Shown here piece after piece: positions 28,285 through 32,000 of a DNA stretch of 32,000 bases (position 1 is its first letter; the number at the start of each line of letters is the position of its first letter). The position numbers were made by a program, and so were the translations under genes. The notes below the pieces were generated by a model that was not told the origin of the DNA, did not search any database, and worked only from the letters and a program-made list of their open reading frames with translations. The DNA lies in contig NZ_CP010904.1 of assembly GCF_001017655.1 (NCBI RefSeq), positions 660,001 through 692,000 on the forward strand. Reading direction: 5' to 3'. Source of the DNA: Kiritimatiella glycovorans (GTDB taxonomy: Bacteria; Verrucomicrobiota; Kiritimatiellia; Kiritimatiellales; Kiritimatiellaceae).

Positions 28285-29069
28285 GGTTGTTCGATACCCA
28301 CGTGCACCTGGACGGACTGGGCGGAGCGCAGGAGATCGAGGCGGGCCTGGCGCGCGCGCGCGATGCGGGCGTCGACCGGATCCTCGCCGTGGGCGGGCGG
28401 CCGGAGGCCGACGAAACCGCCCTCGAATGGGCGCAACGGTATCCGGGCTCGATCTTCGCCTCGGCGGGATGCGACCGCGATCAGGCCGGCCGCTCCCCGG
28501 ACGAGGCGGGATTGCGCACGCGGCTCCGCCGGACGGAGTGCGTGGCACTCGGAGAGATCGGACTCGACTACCATTACCACGGACCGGAGGAGCGCGAAGC
28601 CCAGCGCGAGCTGTTCGAGCGGATGCTCGCGATCGCCGCCGAAGTGCATCAACCCGTCGTGATCCATTCGCGTGAGGCCGACGACGACACGCTCACGGCG
28701 CTGCGCGCATTCGCGGCCCGCCCCGGGGCTCCGTCGCCGCCGGGCGTCCTCCACTGCTTCACCGGCGGCGAGGCGTTTGCGGAGGCCCTGGTCGACATTG
28801 GTTTTTTTATCAGTTTCAGTGGTATCATCACCTTCAGAAATGCCGAGGCCCTTCGCGCGGCGGCGAAAACGATCCCGGCGGAACGGCTGCTGATCGAGAC
28901 GGATACGCCGTATCTCGCTCCCGTGCCGCACCGCGGGAAACGCAATGAACCCGCGCACGTGATCCGGGTCGCGGAGACCCTGGCCGAACAGCGGGGAAGC
29001 CGCGTGGAGGACATCGCTGAACAGACAAGATGCAATGCCGAACGACTCTTCGGCCTGCAGGGAGGATGA
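28281..29069 (+). CDS. tatD: TatD-family metal-dependent hydrolase/DNase
   Basis: [30 protein letters not shown] and ETDTPYLAP motifs. The start at the internal ATG 28281 overlaps the trpG stop (ATGA). The tracked ORF 27903-29069 is over-extended. Confidence 0.85.
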   Translation: MRLFDTHVHLDGLGGAQEIEAGLARARDAGVDRILAVGGRPEADETALEWAQRYPGSIFASAGCDRDQAGRSPDEAGLRTRLRRTECVALGEIGLDYHYHGPEEREAQRELFERMLAIAAEVHQPVVIHSREADDDTLTALRAFAARPGAPSPPGVLHCFTGGEAFAEALVDIGFFISFSGIITFRNAEALRAAAKTIPAERLLIETDTPYLAPVPHRGKRNEPAHVIRVAETLAEQRGSRVEDIAEQTRCNAERLFGLQGG

Positions 29070-29073
29070 GGCC

Positions 29074-29565
29074 ATGAAGCGGGTGACACTGATTCGTCAC
29101 GGGAAAGCGGAGAAGCAGGGGGATCGGGGCACGGACTTCGATCGCGACCTGAATGAACGGGGCCGCAATGACGCGAAGAAAATCGCGGCGAAGCTCAAAG
29201 CGGAAGCGTTCCGTCCATCGGTGATCGTCACGAGTCCCGCCGTACGCGCTGCGGCGACCGCGCGGTATTTCGCCGAAGCCCTGGGGGCTCCGCTGTGCGA
29301 GGATCCGCGTATCTTCCGGAACAGCGTGCCCGACCTGCTCGAGGTCATCCGGAATCAGGAGGATGAGTTCGGGCACATCGCGCTGGTCGGTCACAATCCT
29401 TCGATGGAGGGGCTGCTGGCGTACCTCGTTCCGGGTGTCGAAGGCGAGATGAGCACCTGCGAGGTCGCCGATATACAGCTCGATCTCGATCGCTGGGCCG
29501 ACGTCGGGGAAGGCGCGGGCTCGCTGCGGGCTTCGTATTCGCCGAAGAACATGGGTGCTTCGTAG
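29074..29565 (+). CDS. sixA: Histidine-phosphatase-superfamily protein (SixA-like phosphohistidine phosphatase)
   Basis: MKRVTLIRHGKAE...RDLNERGRNDA...VTSPAVRAAATA...LVGHNPSM (RHG catalytic motif). GGGAGGA RBS. The start is at the internal ATG 29074. Confidence 0.75.
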   Translation: MKRVTLIRHGKAEKQGDRGTDFDRDLNERGRNDAKKIAAKLKAEAFRPSVIVTSPAVRAAATARYFAEALGAPLCEDPRIFRNSVPDLLEVIRNQEDEFGHIALVGHNPSMEGLLAYLVPGVEGEMSTCEVADIQLDLDRWADVGEGAGSLRASYSPKNMGAS

Positions 29566-29663
29566 GTTTCTGGTTATTCGGGATCGAAATCGGGATTCAC
29601 CGGTTCTTCGCAGATTTTTGTGGTGGAGCCGTTCGGGAAAGAGGCGGGATGGAAGACGACAAA

Positions 29664-29761
29664 CGTTCGTAGTAGCGCCGCAAGCCTGCCCCCGGCAGGC
29701 CAAGGCGCGTGAAGATAACGGCCCTGGCCCTGCTTCGCAGGCCTGCGGGCCTACTACGAAC
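29664..29761. repeat. Repeat module R1, copy b
   Basis: Nearly identical to 10686-10782, with the same terminal inverted repeats and core. Confidence 0.85.
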
Positions 29762-29892
29762 GTAAGAGAGAACGCACGATTTCTTTGGCTGTGCTCTTCT
29801 CATTCATCTTTGCGATTTGCGGGTAGGGCGCGATCTCTCCGCCTTCGGCCCTTTATGCCTTCGGCGGACAGGCTAAGCGCGCCGCTCTTTTT

Positions 29893-29930
29893 GCGGACGG
29901 CCTTCTGCTGTCCAGCAGAATCCCTACCTT
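29893..29930. repeat. Repeat module R3, copy b
   Basis: 37 of 38 nt identical to 10877-10914. Here it directly abuts R2. Confidence 0.85.
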
Positions 29931-29932
29931 CA

Positions 29933-30076
29933 CATGAAGGACATGAAGGTTGGTTGAGGGGGGTGCACATAATTCGTACTCTTACTCGTACGCGTCCTCG
30001 GAGCGCCGGAGGCGCGATCCCATCCATCGATTCAAGGAATTCGAGTACGAGTACCGCTTTGCTGAGTACGAGCACG
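29933..30076. repeat. Repeat module R2, copy b
   Basis: Same layout as 10394-10535 but with two rather than three CATGAAGGN 9-mers and several substitutions in the hexamer arms. Confidence 0.8.
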
Positions 30077-30169
30077 GGGATGATTACGCCGGCGAGTAAT
30101 CCGGGCTAGACCCGGCGGTCGGGTCTCTGCCATACTTCGCCCCCACTTTATTCACGGAGGGAACGCATC

Positions 30170-31825
30170 ATGGAATCACTGAAAAAACATCCCCGTTTCG
30201 CGGGGGTTGAAGGTCCGGTCGTGCTGGTCGTCATGGACGGTATCGGCATCGGCAGACAGGACGAAGGCAATCTCGTCCACCGGGCGAAGACGCCGAATAT
30301 CGACTGGTTGGCCGAACACGCCATCGCTTCGCAGCTCAAAGCGCACGGCACGGCCGTGGGGCTGCCCACCGACGGCGATATGGGCAACAGCGAGGTGGGC
30401 CATAATGCCATCGGGGCGGGACGTATCTTCAACCAGGGCGCGGCGCGGATCAATACGGCCATCGAGGACGGCGTGCTCTGGGACGGAGAGGTCTGGCGGG
30501 AGCTGACCGGCAACGTCAAGGAGCGGAAGTCGACGCTGCACTTCATCGGCCTCTTCTCCGACGGCAACGTGCACAGCCATCTCGATCACCTGCGCGCCAT
30601 GCTCCGCCGCGCGAAAGACGAAGGCGTCGGAACCGTCAGGATCCACGCGCTCCTCGACGGGCGCGACGTGCCCCCGACGTCCGCGCTGGAGTATATCGAT
30701 GACTTCGAGGGATTTCTCGCAGATCTCAATGCGGAACACGGGGTGGATTACGCCATCGCCTCCGGCGGTGGCCGGATGAACATCACCATGGACCGCTACG
30801 AGGCCGACTGGGACATGGTCGCCCGCGGCTGGAAGATCCACGTGCGCGGCGAGGGACGCGCCTTCTCCAGCGCGCGCGAGGCGGTCGAAACCTTCCGCGG
30901 AGAGAAGCCCGGCATCCTCGACCAGGACCTGCCCGGGTTTGTGATCGAACGCGACGGCGCCCCGGTCGGTCCGGTGCGCGACGGCGACAGCGTGATTCTT
31001 TTCAATTACCGGGGCGACCGGGCCATCGAACTGAGCCGGGCGTTCGACGAGGACCCGTTTGACAAGTTCGACCGCGGTCCGCGGCCCGACGTGAAATTCG
31101 CCGGGATGATGCAGTACGACGGTGATCTCGAGATCCCGAAAAAGTTTCTCGTCCCGCCGCCGCATATCGACCGCACCATCGGCGAGTATCTCTCGAAGAC
31201 CGGGGTGAAGCAGCTCGCGCTCAGCGAGACCCAGAAATTCGGTCACGTGACCTATTTCTTCAACGGCAACCGCTCCGGAAAATTCAATCCGGACTACGAG
31301 GACTACGTCGAAATCCCGTCCGACCGCTGTCCCTTCGAAGACAAGCCGGAGATGAAGGCGAAGGAGCTTACCGACAAGACGGTCGAGGCGATCGAAAGCG
31401 GCCGGTACCGCTTCATCCGGCTGAACTACCCGAACGGAGACATGGTCGGCCATACCGGCGTATTCGAGGCCGTCATCAGGGGGATCGAGGCCGTGGACGA
31501 GGGCGTGGGGCGGATTATGGAGGCGGTGAAGAAGACGAACGGAGCACTGATCGCCTCCGCCGACCACGGGAACTCGGACGATATGGCCGCACGCGATAAG
31601 AAGACCGGGGAAATCCTGCGCGACGAACACGGCCGGCCCAGACCGAAGACCGCCCACTCGCTCAATCCGGTTCCGGTCTACGTCTACGACCCCTCAGGGC
31701 AGTCGAACGCCCGGCTCTCCGGCCACCCGGATCTGGGCATCAGCAGCCTGGCCGCCACCAGCCTCGTGCTGATGGGCTACGAGCCGCCCGAGGACTATAC
31801 CCCGAGCGTGGTCGAGGTGGGGTGA
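30170..31825 (+). CDS. gpmI: 2,3-bisphosphoglycerate-independent phosphoglycerate mutase (long ~550-aa form)
   Basis: VVMDGIGIG, catalytic-Ser motif GNSEVGHNAIGAGR and C-terminal metal-binding ADHGNSD. Confidence 0.95.
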   Translation: MESLKKHPRFAGVEGPVVLVVMDGIGIGRQDEGNLVHRAKTPNIDWLAEHAIASQLKAHGTAVGLPTDGDMGNSEVGHNAIGAGRIFNQGAARINTAIEDGVLWDGEVWRELTGNVKERKSTLHFIGLFSDGNVHSHLDHLRAMLRRAKDEGVGTVRIHALLDGRDVPPTSALEYIDDFEGFLADLNAEHGVDYAIASGGGRMNITMDRYEADWDMVARGWKIHVRGEGRAFSSAREAVETFRGEKPGILDQDLPGFVIERDGAPVGPVRDGDSVILFNYRGDRAIELSRAFDEDPFDKFDRGPRPDVKFAGMMQYDGDLEIPKKFLVPPPHIDRTIGEYLSKTGVKQLALSETQKFGHVTYFFNGNRSGKFNPDYEDYVEIPSDRCPFEDKPEMKAKELTDKTVEAIESGRYRFIRLNYPNGDMVGHTGVFEAVIRGIEAVDEGVGRIMEAVKKTNGALIASADHGNSDDMAARDKKTGEILRDEHGRPRPKTAHSLNPVPVYVYDPSGQSNARLSGHPDLGISSLAATSLVLMGYEPPEDYTPSVVEVG

Positions 31826-31859
31826 GCGAAGGCGAGGGGATGAAGAGGACCGATCCTCG

Positions 31860-32000
31860 TTACCCCTTCAGCGCCTTCGCGGGTTTGCTGACCTTCGGCC
31901 GTTCGGAGGGGAGCAGCTGACCGCCCATGGCCGAGACTCCGCCGTCGACGTGAATCGTCTGGCCGGTGATCTTCTTTGAATACTCGCCGAGCAGAAAGAC
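31860..32000 (-). CDS. C-terminal end of an SDR/enoyl-ACP-reductase-like protein (partial, runs off the window)
   Basis: Hand translation gives VFLLGEYSKKITGQTIHVDGGVSAMGGQLLPSERPKVSKPAKALKG*. ITGQ.IHVDGG is the typical SDR C-terminal motif. Confidence 0.6.
   Translation of the reverse strand, partial: VFLLGEYSKKITGQTIHVDGGVSAMGGQLLPSERPKVSKPAKALKG

Noticed and set aside
25727-28548. Long minus-strand ORFs (536 and 323 aa) opposite hisI/trpE/trpG
   Set aside because: Shadow ORFs; the plus strand encodes canonical his and trp enzymes.
30176-31657. 493-aa ORF antisense to gpmI
   Set aside because: Shadow ORF with no motifs; gpmI on the plus strand is unambiguous.

Overview
GC-rich bacterial chromosomal segment. 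Taxonomy cannot be settled from this window; Na+-NQR, a long-form iPGM and an RCC1 fragment with thrombospondin-type-3-like motifs are compatible with a PVC-group organism (low confidence). Most of the window is housekeeping backbone. (1) 6-3651: translationally coupled AraC regulator, HAD hydrolase and Cu+ P1B-ATPase. (2) 3782-6514: gdhA divergent from an NrpR-like (archaeal-type nitrogen repressor) gene. (3) 6564-7862: secreted GH5 glycosidase. (4) 7881-10275: partly decayed ars locus, arsR / PF03773 permease / tiny thioredoxin-like remnant / arsC / acr3 C-terminal remnant. (5) 12226-12302: initiator-type tRNA-Met. (6) 12475-19233: nqrABCDEF-apbE. (7) 23762-24682: SDR. (8) 24962-29565: hisF-hisI-trpE-trpG-tatD-sixA. 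(9) 30170-31825: gpmI, followed by a partial SDR/FabI-like gene at the window edge. There are three accessory patches. (a) 10300-12225 holds a mosaic of short structured repeats, then a ~0.97-kb insertion in the 3' end of the tRNA-Met gene, marked by a 22-nt exact duplication of the tRNA 3' end. Its only gene is a stand-alone GIY-YIG nuclease. (b) 19706-23564 holds an intact IS91-family HUH transposase with a 33-nt palindromic in-frame insertion, a divergent orphan WYL regulator, and a chimeric IS3 / RCC1 / IS30 fragment cluster ending in a 26-bp perfect inverted repeat. (c) 29566-30169 holds a second, reshuffled copy of the repeat modules from patch (a). No CRISPR array, rRNA or complete defence system is visible. 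The best novelty candidates are the tRNA-targeted GIY-YIG mini-insertion, the modular repeat family and the bacterial NrpR-gdhA pair.
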